A stretch of DNA of 64,000 nt from Prorocentrum cordatum (lineage: Eukaryota). The stretch spans positions 434,001-498,000 of the forward strand of contig CAUYUJ010000026.1 of NCBI GenBank assembly GCA_963575745.1, read 5' to 3'. Under the pieces are notes generated by a model. That model worked only from the letters and a program-made list of their open reading frames with translations, did not search any database and had not been told where the DNA came from. This document shows, piece by piece, positions 1-13,865 of the stretch; position 1 is the first letter of the stretch, and each line of letters starts with the position of its first letter. A program made the translations under genes and the position numbers.

Positions 1-2096
1 TTGAAAGGAGTGCGGATGTCTCTCGAAATGTGCCACTCGCCCCAGACGCGCGCACATGCGTCGTGACAGCTCCTACCAGCTACACGGATGCAGGTATGGA
101 GGTTTCAAGATGTCGTCCATCTTGGGTTTATTGAGCCGTTCATCTCCGCATTTTTTTCTGCTTGCTACCGCCTTGTTGTTTCGTCATGTTTCTGATCATT
201 GGTTCTGTTCTTCATATTCTCCCACCATGTCCTCATCATTTCTCTTCCCTATCCCGCCTCAATCCCCCTCTTCGTTCATCTTCCATCCCGCCCTCTTCCT
301 ACACGTTGTTCTTCGCAGCAATGGTCTTTCTCCTGTTCCTCCCTCTCCTGCTCCTCCTCCCCCTGCTTCTGCACACGGCTCGCATCCTGCGCCTGCTCCT
401 CCTCATCACGACCTTGCTCCTCTGCTCGCTGCAGCGTGCTACCGCTTGAGCTGCTCCTCCCCCCCTCAGTGGCCGCCGCTAGTGTCGTCGTGGCCGTCGC
501 CGTCGTCGCCACAGGGCCGTCGCTGCAGTCGGCGGCGTGCAAAAAAGACGACGGAAGCTTCGGAGAGTTGTCTGTCCTTAGGGGCCCTCGCTGGGCCCCT
601 GGGACCTGTCAAGCAACGACTACAGGATGAAAGTGGGTCCCTGGGCATGGGTCGAGATCTCTGGAATTCGACGTGGTGCAACAGGCATCCTCTCGGGAGT
701 CTGGAGTCGTCGCCCCAGCCACGGGGCGCCGGGAGGCCAAGATGTCGCTGTCCGTGAGCCCCGAGCAGCTCACGGCGTGCGTGCCGCTGCTGATGAGGGC
801 GACGCCGCCAGACAGCGCGGAAACGCTGGAGTGGTCTTCCTGCTCGCGCTCCTGCCTCGACCTCTCTGTATGCCCGCGCTCTGTCTTGCCGCGTCCATGT
901 CTCGCTGCCGTCTCCCGATGGAGAAGCAGCAAATGGCCGAAACACCAACCGTTGGAGCTCCGCGCAGATTTCTTGGGTCGGCCCAGGGGTCCCCCTGGCT
1001 GCGCCTCTGGCCCCGCCCCCAGCGCGCCCCGCGCGCCCGGGACGCGGGGTCCAGCGCCGAGCCAGGAGATCCGCGCGGAGTTCCGGAAGTTTCGGTTCAC
1101 GCCAGCTTCTCTTCACCGAGTCCGCGCGGTTAGCCTCCTTTTCTCCATGCGTTGCCACGTGCCTTCCTGATGGTGGATACCGCCTGTGTGCTGCGCCATC
1201 GGCTGCCGAGCGCAAAGATGGCCCGGTGAGGATATGCCCAGTGGATTGGCTGTAACACTGCAGCAGCGCCTGGGGCGATGATTAATGAGGTTTGCTCCTG
1301 GCCCAACCAACAACTATATTTTGATAGTTCCCCCCTCGCCCTTTTCAAGCGCGCGCGCGCCCCGATGTTCCACGGGGCAGTTGGAGACGAAGCGGAGATC
1401 CAGGAGGAGATGGGGGAGGAGGGAGAGGAGGAGGAGGAGGAGGAATAGGAGGAGGAGGAGGAGGAGGAGGAGGAGGAGGAGGAAGAGGAGGAAGAGGAGG
1501 AGTGCGGAGGAGGAGGGAGGAGGAGGAGCAGAAGGAGGAGGAGGAGGAGGAGGAGGAGGAGGAGGAGGAGGAGTTGGTGGAGGAGGAGCTGGAGGAGCAG
1601 GAGGAGGAGGAGACGGGGAATGTGGAGGAGGAGGAGGAGGAGGAGGAGGAGGAGGACCACCACTACCACCAATGGCATGTGCAGCAGGAGCAGCACATGC
1701 ATTGGCACGTCGTCCTGGCGGGCGTCGCATCCGACTTGACTCAAAGGGGCCAGCGGTCATGATAATGCTGCGTTCCAGGATGTCCGGGATTCTCCAGATG
1801 TCATAGTATGTGCCACGCGGGTTGCAGAAACACGGGGCCACTAGACACTCTGGACCCCTGGAACGTGACATGAGCCAATCTCACCATGACATCATTCCTG
1901 TCCCATTTTCACAGCCCCCCCTCTGGTCGAAATGAATTCAGTAATGCCCCATCGTCCGTCGTTGTCGACGTCCGCCGCCGTCTCCGCCAGGCAATGCTTC
2001 CAGCGGAGGAAGGGTGCGTCTCGGCTTGTCACTGTCGTCGTCGTCGTCGTCCGCCGCCAGCGCTGGCGCTGGAGGACGAGTGTTCTTGCTCGTCGC

Positions 2097-2146
<50 letters not shown>

Positions 2147-3688
2147 TCGCCGCCGTCGTCGTCACAATCCCCCCTCTAGTTTTTTCTTGCTCGGCATTCT
2201 GACGTCAAGGAGGGGTGGGACGGCTTGCCAGCTGTCCACGTGTCTTGGTGGCTCGCTCGGGAATTCCTGGAGGAGGGGACCTCAGGGCAGGGGGATCGGG
2301 AGGGGCAGTTGGTGGTGGGGCAGCCTGACAGCGCGGAGTCGTTGGAGCGGCCCGCCTCGAGGATCAGGAGGAGGAGGAGGAGGAGGAGGAGGAAGAGTGA
2401 CGATGAAAAGCGAGGAGGAGGGAGGAGGGCGTGGACCGAGGAGGAGGAGGAGGAGGCGGAGGAGGAGGACGAGGAGAAGGAGGAGGAGGAGGAGGAGGAG
2501 GAGGAGCAGGGAAAGGTGGCGCTCGCCGTCTCGACGGGGACTGGCCCGCTGGAGGCGGAGCGGCAGACGCGCCCCTTCCCAGGTCGTGTGAAGCCAGCGT
2601 GGCGCCCTCCCCGCTGTGTGACGCCATCCTTGCCGCGGTGGAGGAGCAGGTCCAGCGCAGCGTCACCACAGGACACGCCCACCACCGACGGCGGCGGCGG
2701 CGGCCACGGCCACGGCGGCGGCGGCGGCAACGGCGGCTACCACGACGACGACGGCGGCCACGACGACGGCGACGACCAGGAACATGCGGAGCCAGGGCCG
2801 GGATACATCGTTCCAGAGCAGAGCGCTCCAGAGCGCTTTGAAACGGCCGTGGTGCCCGATGCATCCTCCAGAACCGTATGGTCTCAGAGATCCTCGATGT
2901 ATCCCGATTCGACTTTGACCTGGTCCTGCCTTCGTCAGGACGCTAATGGCGGCGACGGCGACGACACGACGACAGGACGACGATACGACGATACGAGAGT
3001 GAAAAACGGAGTTTGCGGAACGCGCGCGATTTCTAGGAAATTCTTGGGGTTTCAGCTTCCTGTCGGGGGAGGTTGGCGGATCGCGGCTCTGTTGTTGGGC
3101 TTCTCTGGGTTCTCCTGGCAACACTCCTAGCTCTTGGGAGCTAGGCCTCTGCTGAAGAGCTCCGAGTCATCGTGGCTGGGTGCAGTCAGGGTAGGTTGCA
3201 GGTTCGCGCCCCGCGGGCCCAAACCGCAGTTACCCCAGACCGCAGTGATCCCGGAGAGTTCGGGCGCCCGACCCCTCCCGAATCATCAGGCCTGGAGGCG
3301 GTCAGGGAGTTACCCCGGACCGCAGTGATCCCAGATAATTCGGGCGCTAGACTTCTGGCGGCACGCAGTGGATGGGTGGGGGGCGGCGCGAGGGGGGGGG
3401 CGGGGGGGACGGGCGTCTAAGAAGGCGGGGGGCTTCTCCGAAGGCAGCGGCCTTCCTGGAAGCACCCAGATGCTCCGACAAAGGCTCCTTAAGAGCACAG
3501 AGAAGCCCATGGCCTTCTTAGAAGCTCCCCCGCCATCTCCGAAGGTCGCCCTCCTCGCGCTGGCCCTTCGTGTGCGGTGCCCGCTCGCAGGGGTCGGCGG
3601 TTCCCCGGGTGCTCTGGTGCAGGTGCGCCTCGCCGAGAGCCGCCATGGGGCGCCTGGATCGCCCCGCACGGCCTTCCCGCCCTGTCCC

Positions 3689-3874
3689 TGATGGGCCTGG
3701 TTTCCACCACCACCACCACCATAAGTTGGAGGGGGGAAGGAGGAGGACGAATAGGAGGAGGAGGACGACGAGTAGGAGGAGGAGGAGGAGGAGGAGGAGG
3801 AAGAGGAGGAGGAGGAGGAGGACCCCCTCCTCCGACTATGGTGGTGGTGGTTGTGGTGGAAAACAAGCCCATCA
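3689..3874. mobile_element. Foldback MITE with a (GGA)n core, copy 1
   Basis: TGATGGGCC...(ACC)n.../...(GGT)n...GCCCATCA; perfect 5-bp TSD GTCCC. Confidence 0.85.
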
Positions 3875-6493
3875 GTCCCGGCCTCACGGCTTCGAGTGGG
3901 GGATCGGCTACAGAACTGACTCGCTGGAAACATTTGATTTTCCCGCCCGATCTGCAGACAGTGCGTCTCTAATGTCTCGCAGATCTACGAGTATTCGACG
4001 CGTTTCTTGCATACTCGGCCAGAGTGTCAAAGTTGGAGTAAAGCAATGTTGTAGCCGATCCCCTCTTCGACGGACGAGGGATCGCAGACCCCTGGCGCCT
4101 CCGAGCAGCAGTCCGAGCCCAACGACACCGAGGCGGACCGCGCCGCGATGGGCCCCGGCAGGCTCGTGTCGAGTCGTGGCGGCGGCAGCCACACCGCGGG
4201 CCGGCAAGGTGGAGCGCCGCCGCTGGCACGGACGGACCCGCGCTGTCGGGAAGCCGCGATCGTCCTCCTATCTCCTCCTCCTCCTCCTGCTCCTCCTCCT
4301 CCTGTCCTCCGCCCCCCCTCCTCCCCAGCCTCCTCCTCCTCCTGCTCCCCCTCCTCCCCCTCCTCTTCCTTCTCCTCCCTCTCCCTCCTCCCCCTCCTCA
4401 CCTCCTCCTCCTCCTCCTCCTCCTCCTCCTCCTCCTCCTTCTCCTCCTCCTCCTTCTATGCGCGCGGTGACGCACGAGACCAGCGCTCAGGTCGTCACGA
4501 CACGAACACCCACTGCAAGGGACCTCCCGAAGAGCCAGAGCGCAGCCGAGCACAGGAGGGCGTGCTAGGCAGCTACGGGGCTTGGACATGCAGAAGCAGG
4601 GTGCGGACGACGCTGCAACGCCCTGGGAGAGCAGAGCATTGACAGCGCGATCACCAAATCTGCAACTGGCCGGGGAGCCCCCGCGCCATGCCTACGAGCG
4701 TTGCTCCACCCCCGGCGGGTGTGGGCAGGGGACCAGCGCTCAGGTCGTCACGACACGAACCTGCCGTACCCTGGCAACGCCCAGTCCCGCAGGCGAGCAC
4801 GCCCGTTTTCGCCTGGGCAGGGCGCAAGAAATGTGCACATATGAGCCACTTCACCGCACCGACCTCGGCCCCCCGGCACCCGAAGACGTGCTTTTGCAGC
4901 ATGCCTCCCCAGCGGTCTCGACCACCTCCCTCGGTAGTGTGTTCTGCTCCGGATCCGTTCTGGATGGCCCAGGGGGCCCGTAACCGGCGCCGAGGTGAGG
5001 GAGAGGGCGCTGGGATTGAAAAGCTCAGTCCGCCTATAGGGGGGCCCAGTGTGGGCCCGCCGAAACCCCGCTCGCGCACTGATCGGCAGACCAGGACGTC
5101 GGAGAGCTTCGGAGGCTGTCCGTGTACTCCCTAGGCCCTCGGAGGCCCTCGGAGGCCCTCATGACCAGATCTCCAACTCCTCTTCATGTTTTCAATCCCC
5201 GCGTTTTCCTCGATTTCGGCCTCTGTGGGGTCCTCGGAGGCGCCACGCGGAAGCGGTTGGGATTTGGGGGCCGCGGATTGAACAAATCACGTCGGCGCAG
5301 ATCAGGATAGACGGAGGATTGACAGCTCAGATCGGCGGATTTGACGGAGGCCCTAGCAGGCCATAGGAGGTCTTAGGAGGCCTTAGGAGGCCCCGGGAGG
5401 CCCAGGAAGTGGCAGAGGGTGCGTCCAGTGCCGCTTCGTTCCTTCGCGTTTGCTGGCGTCCTCACGGTCTTGTCCTGCCCAGACAGATGTGATAGTTATC
5501 CGATCGTCATGTCTGCAGCGCGCGTGAGCATAGCAAATGGGTTGATACATTGTTACACAGGCTTGCCTGCTGGAGCTCCTGCGTACTCGTAGAGAGGCGG
5601 TGAGTGGCTGGCCCAAGACCAGCGCCAGGTGTTTTTCAGATGTCCACCGGGCGCCAGGGATTTTCACAGACACGCGCCAATCGGGGGCCCCCACACGGTG
5701 TGGTGACCACGTCGCGTGGTGAGTCAGAGGGACCTCGGAGTCACCTTACGATTTGAGACTCGGGTCGTTCTCCGAGAACATCTCGGGCGACTGGGGCCTC
5801 CGAGGTCCCAAAGCCGTGCCGTCACGGACCGCGCAGTGAGGTTATTGGGGAAAAGGGTCCGTGCGGGAGGGCGTACACACAGTGTCGGGGCTCATGGTGG
5901 CCTTTGCCGGGCATGGCGGTGATGGTGATGCCTTGTCATCAGGAGGGAAAAAGACACACACACAGACACAAGTACCCGACGATCCATAGGACAATCTGAA
6001 AACATATGAGAAATTGGGGGAAGACGAGAATCACGAACATACGAAATATATGGGGAATGCTGGGATTCGTGTGTATTTATGTGTGTCCCTTGGCTCCTTC
6101 AAGTTCACCCCCCTGGCATCCGCTATTTTATTTGTTCAATCCGCGGCCCCCTTCCCTGGAGGTAGTTCCCCGCTCCTGATTCACGAACGGTGGCCGAGAA
6201 ATGTCCCCAGAGGCTCAAATCGACGGAACACGCCAGGACTGAAGAAGGCATATCCTCGGAGATCTGGGGGCTGGCTTCTGCGTGTTCTCACTCGCCCTCT
6301 CGCCTGCCTGCCTGCCCGGTCTCTTGAGTCCCTAGCGTGCCGTCGAGGAGCATTCGTCGCCGACGTTACGTTGTCCCAGGAGGCTGTTGCGGCTGCAGGC
6401 AGCTCGACGCTCGCGCAGCACCCGGACTTCCCCCCGCCGCCGCCGCCCTCCTTGCAGACCGCTCTTTCGCCGTGCAGACGTACCGATACGAAT

Positions 6494-6786
6494 TCGAGTT
6501 GACGTGCCGAGTTCACGTACCGAGTTGATGAACAGAGTTCACGGGGACAGGGTCGGCGTACCGATGTGAGCTGACGAGTTGACGTACCGAGTTGGCGTAC
6601 TGATGGTGAATTGACGGATCGAGGTGACGTACCCATGCGAGTTAACGGACCTCGTTGACGAACCGAGTTGACGAACCGAGTTGACGAACCGAGTTGACGC
6701 ACCGAGTACCGAGTTGACATTACGGATGGGAGTTGACGATCTGAGCTGACCTACCTACTGAGTTGGCATGCCGATTGTCGTTGACG
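6494..6786. repeat. Degenerate (CCGAGTTGACGWA)n minisatellite
   Basis: GAGTTGAC recurs at about 13-14 bp spacing. Confidence 0.85.
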
Positions 6787-7680
6787 CGGGGAGTCTCTAA
6801 AGAGCGCTCCCCTCTGGACAAGCCTGGCTGCAACACAGCCTCCCGTCCCAAGCCTCCCCCTCAGAAGTCTCGATGATCTACAGGACGTGTGTTAGCCCGA
6901 GCGTGTGTTTCTCCCGCTCGGTTCCGCCGATAGCGCGAGGCCTGTGTCGGCCCTCGTTGCGCCGCCTGCGTCGTATCGAAGGGCCTCGGTGGTGGAGAAA
7001 CGCACGACGATGCCGCTAACACATGTCCTGAGGATCATCGAAAGTCCCTACACATGGTTCATTTCTAACTCTTCGAAAGTTCTCTGATTTTCTGGGGGGC
7101 CACGTTGCCACCAGCAGTCATCCCTCTCCCGTTGCGGGCGACGACCCCTCCTGGAGCCACGAGGGCCCGGCGGGCCTGCCGCCCGGGCCGAGGCCCCGAG
7201 GCCGGCGGGGCGGCACGCGGAGCATGGCGCTCCCCGCCGCCAGGGGGGGGCCCTCCGGAGGCCCGCCACGACCCCCGGGAGGACTGCGGGCCGGCCGGAG
7301 GCGCGGGGCGGACGCTCGCTCGCTCCACTTCGGTATCGGTCATTGCCGCACTCGGTCGAGGGCCTATCGAAGGCGCCAAAAACAAACCTTCCCCCCCCCC
7401 CCCGGGCCTACGTAGCTCTGCAGCGTGTCAATCCACGCATTGAGCACCTGGCGGGTCTGCTCTCGTCCTCGCGCGACCTGCTCCCCTGTGCAGGACGGGG
7501 TGGGGGGACGAGGGAGGAGCGGGAGAGTTCGACTCCGCTTCGGTCCGCGAGCCTGGAAGGGCTGCGGGCCGTCGCCGCCCCAGCGCGCGCGTGCAGGCTG
7601 AGCGAGAGGAGGAGGAGGAGGAGGAGGAGGAGGAGGAGGAGGAGGAGGAGGAGGAGGAGGAGGAGGAGGAGGAGGAGGAG

Positions 7681-8590
7681 GTGCAATCCCAAGGGTCATC
7701 AACGATGTTGGAATATACCCTCCCTCCAAGCTCCCTCTTCATAAGCCCCTACAGCGGTTCATTTACAATGATGGAATTGCCTCGTTGGAAGACAACCGTT
7801 TGAGGACCCTGATGCATGCAGCATGCCAAAACATTGTTCTCGGGATTCCAACGCCTCGGATCAACCTGACAGTGGCGTCTTGACGATTCGGAATCTTGCC
7901 GGAACGCCATTCCTTGGACGTCAACACTGCGAATCAACGCAATTGTTGAATCATGATACCCTTACTCTTGCCAGACACCATTTCCAGTACGCTGATCATG
8001 GGAACCCATAGATCTCTTGCAAGTTCTAAAATCGAATACGCGCGGCGCAAAGGCGAGAGCCACATGTTGAAGAGGAACCGCCCCCAAAATGTCACACTCT
8101 TGCAATGGATTAACGCATGTACGCGGCGCTAGGGCGGCAAACCCATCAATTTGTTATCACGAATGTGCGCGGCGCTAAGGCGAGAGCCACATTTTGAAAA
8201 CCACCCGCCCTCAATCCATCAAATTCTTACAAGCTTTGTAAAACGAATGAGCGCGGCACTAAGGCCAGGGCCGCAGTTTGAAAACCACCCGCCCTCAATC
8301 CGTCAAACTCTTGGCAACTTGCTAGACGAATGTGCGCGGCGCAAAGACGAAAGCCACATTTTGAAAACCGCCCACCCTCAATCCGCCGAACGGTTACACA
8401 TGTTTACAACGAATGTGTGCGGCGCTAAGGCGAGAGCCACATGTTGAAAACGACCCGCCCTCCATCTTTGAAGCTGTTGCCAATTGTTAAGCTTTAGGGT
8501 CATACGTGGTGAGGAGGTCTCGGGCGAAACGCCCGGCCCGCCCTAAAAATTGGCCTCGGGGTGCGACAGGAAAGAACAAAGTTATCAGGA
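7681..8590 (+). repeat. Composite repeat block (unique head + ~83-bp tandem array + tail), copy 1
   Basis: Collinear with 9652-10510; array unit GAATGTGCGCGGCGCTAAGGCGAGAGCCACATTTTGAAAACCACCCGCCCTC. Confidence 0.8.
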
Positions 8591-9651
8591 AGCGGACTGG
8601 AGGAGGAGGAGGAGGAGGAGGAGGAGGAGGAGGAGGAAGAGGAAGAGGCGAAGGCTCTGAAGAGGGCGGAGGAGACGAAGGCGGAGGACAAAGGATGCGG
8701 AGAAGAGGGAGGAGGGTGGAGTGGATGAGAAGGGCGGATGAGGAGGCGTCGGAGGCGAGGAGTTCGGAGGACCAGGGAGAGGGGAAAGGGGGGGGATGAT
8801 GAGGAGGGGGAGAGCAAGACGATACTGGGGGGAGAGAGGAGGAGGGAGAAACGAGCGTGGCGGAAGGATTCGAAGGACAAGGAAGGAGGCGCCCTCAGGA
8901 TGTCGACTCCATCTCGATCACGATCAAGGTGAACGCATATAGGGCGGCAAGCGGCAATGATTCTCTGGTAGAGGCCCCCCCCTTCCGAACCGTGCCCGCT
9001 CCGCACTACTCCCTGCTCCATCATCCCTCCCCTTTCCTTCTCCTGTTTCCTCCTCCCTTCGCCTCCTCCCTCCCCCTGCTCTCCCCTCCACTCACCCCCC
9101 CCACCGTCCCCCATCCGTCCTCTCCTTATGCCCCTCTCCCCCCTCCCCCTCTGCGCTCCGCCTTTCCGTCCCTACCCCGCTGCCTTCCCCCTCCGCGCCT
9201 GCCTCCACGCCCCACTTCTCCCCACCGCCGCGCCCGCAGTCTCCTGCCTCTCCGTCCGCCCGCAGCTGGGTCGCGGCGTGGGGCGCTGGCTCCTCGACAG
9301 CCTCAGGGCTGGCGCCTATTTCACGGAGAAGAGCGACGAGGAGGAGGAAGAGGAGCAGGAGGAGGAGGAGAAGGAGAAAGAGGAGGAGGATGAGGAGGAG
9401 GAGGAGGAGGGGGAGGAGGGGAGGAGGAGGAGGAGGAGGAGGAGAGAGGAGGAGGAGGAGGAGGAGGAGGAGGAGGAAGAGGAGGAGGAGGAGGGAGAGA
9501 GGGAGGGAGGGAGGGAGGGGGAGGGAGGAGGGAAGGGAGGGAGGGGGAGGGAGGGAGGGAGGGAGGGAGGGAGGGAGGGAGGGAGAGGAGGAGGAGGAGG
9601 AGGAGGAGGAGGAGGAGGAGGTGGAGGGAGGGAGGGGGAGGAGGAGTTCCA

Positions 9652-10510
9652 GTGCAAACCCAAGAGCCATCAGCGATGTTGCAGTAAACCCTCCCCCCGA
9701 GTTCCTTCTTCACAGGCCCCTGCAGGGGTTCATTTCACTGAGGGAAGTGCCCCGTTGGAAGACAGCAGTCTGAGAATCCTGAACTGTGACAGGACTCCGT
9801 TCCTGGGGCCTCAACGCCGCGAAGCACAGTTTCTGTTGCGTCTTGACGAGCCTGAGCCTTGCCAGAACAGCAGTCTCGGGATATGAACAGCGCGAGTCAA
9901 TGTAACTGTTGCGCCCTAGCGATCCGACATCGTGCCAAACCACTCGTTCTGGGATGTTAACCATGTGAATCTCCGACGCTGCTTCGAACCCTTCAGACGA
10001 ATGAGCGCGGCGCTGAAGCGACAGCCACATTTTGAAAAGGGACTGCCCTCCATCCGTGAAGCTCTTGCAAGTGTTTGCGACGAACTTGTGTGTGTGGCGC
10101 TCAGGTGAGAGTCACAGTTTGAAAACCACCCGCTCTCCATCCGCGAAGCTCTTGCACATGTTAAGGCGAGTGTGCGCGACACTCAGGCGGGAGCCACATT
10201 TTGTAAACCACCCGCCCTCCATCCGCGATACTCTTGCACCTGTCAAGGCGAATGTGCGCGGCACTCAAGCGGGAACCACAGTTTGGAAAACCACCCGCCT
10301 TCCATCCGCGAACCTTTTTGCATCATGTTGACCCGAATGCGCGCGGCGCGCAAGCAAGAGCCACATTGTGAAAACGGCCCGCGTTCCACCCGTGAAACAC
10401 TTGCGAGTTCTCAGTTTAAGGATCAGACGTGGCAAGGACGTCTCAAGCGAAACGCCCAGCCCGCCCTACTGGCACGCCTCGGGGTGCGACAGGGAGGAGT
10501 TTCTTATTCA
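9652..10510 (+). repeat. Composite repeat block, copy 2
   Basis: Same head (GTGCAAACCCAAG...), array and tail (CTCGGGGTGCGACAGG). Confidence 0.8.
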
Positions 10511-10773
10511 TATGGAAACAGATCGTATGGAGGATGGGGAGGAGCATGGAGGGGGCAGAGAGCAGGAAGGAGGAGGAGGAGGAGGAGGAGGAGGAGGAGG
10601 AGGAGGAGGAGGAGGAGGAGGAGGATGGGCTCCTGGGTGGGCGGGGGCATGGCTGTGGCAGGGGCACTGTCACGCGTGGCCGCGTGTGCTTGGTGGACGG
10701 GCAGCCCACACGCGCGCCCTCCGCGAGCCCATTGGCGCCTGCATGCTCCGCGCGTGTCCCCAGCCGCGCGCGC

Positions 10774-10804
<31 letters not shown>

Positions 10805-12983
10805 TGTGGTGTGGTGTGTGTGTGTGTGTGTTTGTGTGTGTGTGTGAGTGTGTCTGTGTGTGTGCGTGCGTGTGTGCGTGTGTGTATGTATGTATGTGTA
10901 TGTGTGCGCGCATGCTCTCTTTCCCGACTTTAGGCGCCCTGTCGTTGCGCGCGGGGCCGCGAAACCAAACAGACTGTGTGCGTGTGTGTTTGTGTGCGTG
11001 CGTGCGTCCGTGTGTGAGTGTGTGTGTGTGTTCGTGAGTGTGTGCGTGCGTTCGTGTGTGCGAGTGTGCCCATGTGCATCGCGGCGGAACTCGCATTTGT
11101 ATGCCCTACATCTGCTCTTTCCGCCAGCGGAGTCACCCTGCCTAGCCGCCGACGCATCAAGTGCGCGTGTGTGTGTGTGTGTGCTGAAGTGTTCTGCGCC
11201 GCGCCGCTGCCGCGCGTGGTCGCGACGCTAACAAGTGCAGGCCGGTTTGCTTGCTCACCTTTGGAGCGTTTTCCGTTGCCCGGGGAAGCAACATTGCACG
11301 AACATGCATGTTCAGAGGTCCGAGCGGAGCTCCAGAAGGGGTATGCTCACGCAGTGTTTCTCTTTATTTCTTCTGTGTGTGTACTTATTCTACTGCTTTT
11401 GCACGCGGCTCGCCTTGTGCAGCCCCTGGCTTGCGAGGCCAAGTGGGATTTCTTTTAGTCCGCAGCTTACTCTGGCTCTCGTTGCCGTGGTGTCGCCTGG
11501 CCGCTGGGTGACAAGTGCGTGTGCTGTCCGTTCCTCCCACCCTTCCGATTCGCGTTCTGCCCTGCACCATCTGTTGTGTTGACTCTGGGTCGCCAGCGCG
11601 CCCTCAGAAGCACAGTAGCCGCGCCAGATAAGAAGCCAGCCTGCCAGCAGGAATCCTCCTGAGACGTCTTATTCCCCGACGGCCTGGGCACCCATTCGTG
11701 TGCATGACCAGTGTATGAGCCTATATGATGGCGAACCATGTGGCCCTATCTGATGGCCTTCGGCTCATCCTGCCACCGTGCCAGGTTTGTGGGTGCATAG
11801 CGTATTGGATGCTCGATGGGATTTCGTGGAAGGCTTCTCGGAGGCCTCTTGGAGGCTGTCTGTAGGTGTCTTTGGGGCCTTTGGGCCTCTTAGGGCCTCT
11901 CTTGGGCCTCTTGGGGGCCTCTTAGGGCCTCTTCGGGGCCTCTTCGGAGCCTCTAGGGGCCTCCTGGGTGCCTGTGGGGTCCTCCTGGGGGCCTCTTGGG
12001 GCGGAAGGCTCGGATTGTCGGTTCGTGCTTCCTCTCTTGGGTCCCTTTTGGGGCCGTCTTGGGGTCCTCTTGGGCCGTTTTGGGGACATATTGGGCCTTT
12101 TTGGGGCCATCTTGGGCCGTTTTGAAGCTGTATTGGGAGGCCTCTTGGGCCGCCTTGGGGCGGTCTTGGGGGCCTCCAGTCGTCTGGGGGCGTCGGGAAG
12201 CCGAAAAGGCGAGAACGCCACCATTTTCCAACAACCTTGGGAAACCACCTGGCAGCTCGCCATGTGGCACCCCGCCAGCCCCACGCCAAGGGGCCAGCAT
12301 ATATATGCGGGCGCAGCACCGCGCTGCATGCGTAGCCTTCGGCTGGGCCAGGGCAGGGCCAGACACAACACTGTATCGCGTGGCGTGTGGATGCCCGCAC
12401 CGACCACGACTCCTCTCAGGCCCTACCTCCGACCCCCTCACCTTCAGCCACCTCCTCTTCATCCTCGTCCTCCGTCCTCCCTCTCACCCATCTCCTCCTG
12501 CTCCTCCTTTCGCCGCCTCCTCCCTCTCCTACTCCCTCCTCGTCTTCCGCCTCCTCCGCCCTCCTCGTCGTCCACTACCTCCTCCTCCTCGTCCGACGCC
12601 TTCCCCCGCTTCCTCCTCTCCCTCCTCTTCCTCCCGCCAGTCTCCCTCCCCCTCGTCACAATGTCGGTATCTTCCTCCTCCTCTTCCTCCTCTTCCTCCT
12701 CTTCTCCTCCTCTTCTCCTCCTCCTCCTCCTCCTTTCTTCCTCCTCCTCCTCCTCTCCTCTCCTCCTCCTCTCCTCCTCCTCCTCCTCCTCCTCCTCCTC
12801 CTCCTCCTCCTCCTCCTCCTCTCCCACATCCTCCACATCCTCATCCCCCTCCTTATCCTCCTTCTGTTCCTCCTCCCCCTCCTCCTCCTCCTTCTTCTCT
12901 TCCTCTTCCTCCTCTCCTCCTAGCTACCATCTGCGCTGAAGCCGCAGTGGCCGCCCCCGTGGGACAGGCTTTCAGCACTCCCG

Positions 12984-13580
12984 CTGCCAGCGAAATATCC
13001 TCATGCCCCGGGCCTTAAAACTGCCAGCGGAATGCATCCTTCGCTTTAAATTGCCAGCGACATATCCTCACTCCCTGGTTTACAACTGCCAGCGAAATGT
13101 CCTCAACCCTTGGGCCTTAAACTGCTAGCGACATATCCTCACACCCTGGATTGAAACCGCCTGCGAAATATTATCACCGTCCTTGGCTTAAAACTGCCGG
13201 CTAAATATCCTCACGCCCCCGCGCTTGAAACTGCTAGCGAACTACCCCCGACCCCCTCGCTGGAAATTGCCAGCGGCATATACTCACCGCCCCTGGCTTG
13301 AGAGCGCCGGCTAAATATCCTCACGCCCTAAAGCTGCCAGCAAAATGTCCTCACCCCCCTCGCTTGAAACTGCCAGCAACATATCCCCACCGCCCCTGCC
13401 CTACAACTGCCACCGAAGTATCATCACCCCCAGGGATTGAGATATGCCGGCGAGGTATCCCCACACCCTTCGCTTGAAACATCCAGCGAAGGTTCTTCAC
13501 CGCCCTTGGCTTAAAACTGTCAGATAAATGTCTTCATCCCCTGCCAACGAAATATCCTCAACCCCCGGAAATAAAACTGC
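12984..13580. repeat. Minisatellite, ~36-bp period, ~17-18 units
   Basis: Unit approximately AAACTGCCAGCGAAATATCCTCACCCCCTGGCTTA. Confidence 0.9.
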
Positions 13581-13865
13581 CATATCACGGTTTTGGTGAT
13601 TTAGTTGTCACTTCAGCCAGTCAGTCAGTCATTCAGTCTACTTCCCGAACATCAAATTTCGGGCTGCGCCTGTAAAACACTAGTTTGGCCTCTCCGGGTT
13701 TTTGCCTCCCCCGGAGCCGCGAGAGGATCCCGCGCGAGGCCCGACTGCCGCCTCCGCGGCCAGACCACCAGGGTCCCAGCAGGCCCACCGAGCTCCCCAA
13801 AGCCCACAGGGCTTGCTTTGCCTACCGAGCCTCACTGCTCGGCCAAGACCGCGGCGCAGAGTAGC

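Noticed and set aside
1130..2860. Poly-E/R/G/P/S/L ORFs here, and poly-CV/HT ORFs elsewhere in the track
   Set aside because: They are translations of (GGA)n, (GTC)n and (GT)n microsatellites, which lack stop codons in most frames.
12927..12941. Second spliced-leader relic (CCATCTGCGCTGAAG)
   Set aside because: Only 11/15 match, and it is followed by a satellite rather than an ORF.
12984..13580. CRISPR-like array
   Set aside because: The repeats are degenerate, the linkers are short and similar to each other, there are no cas genes, and the context is eukaryotic.
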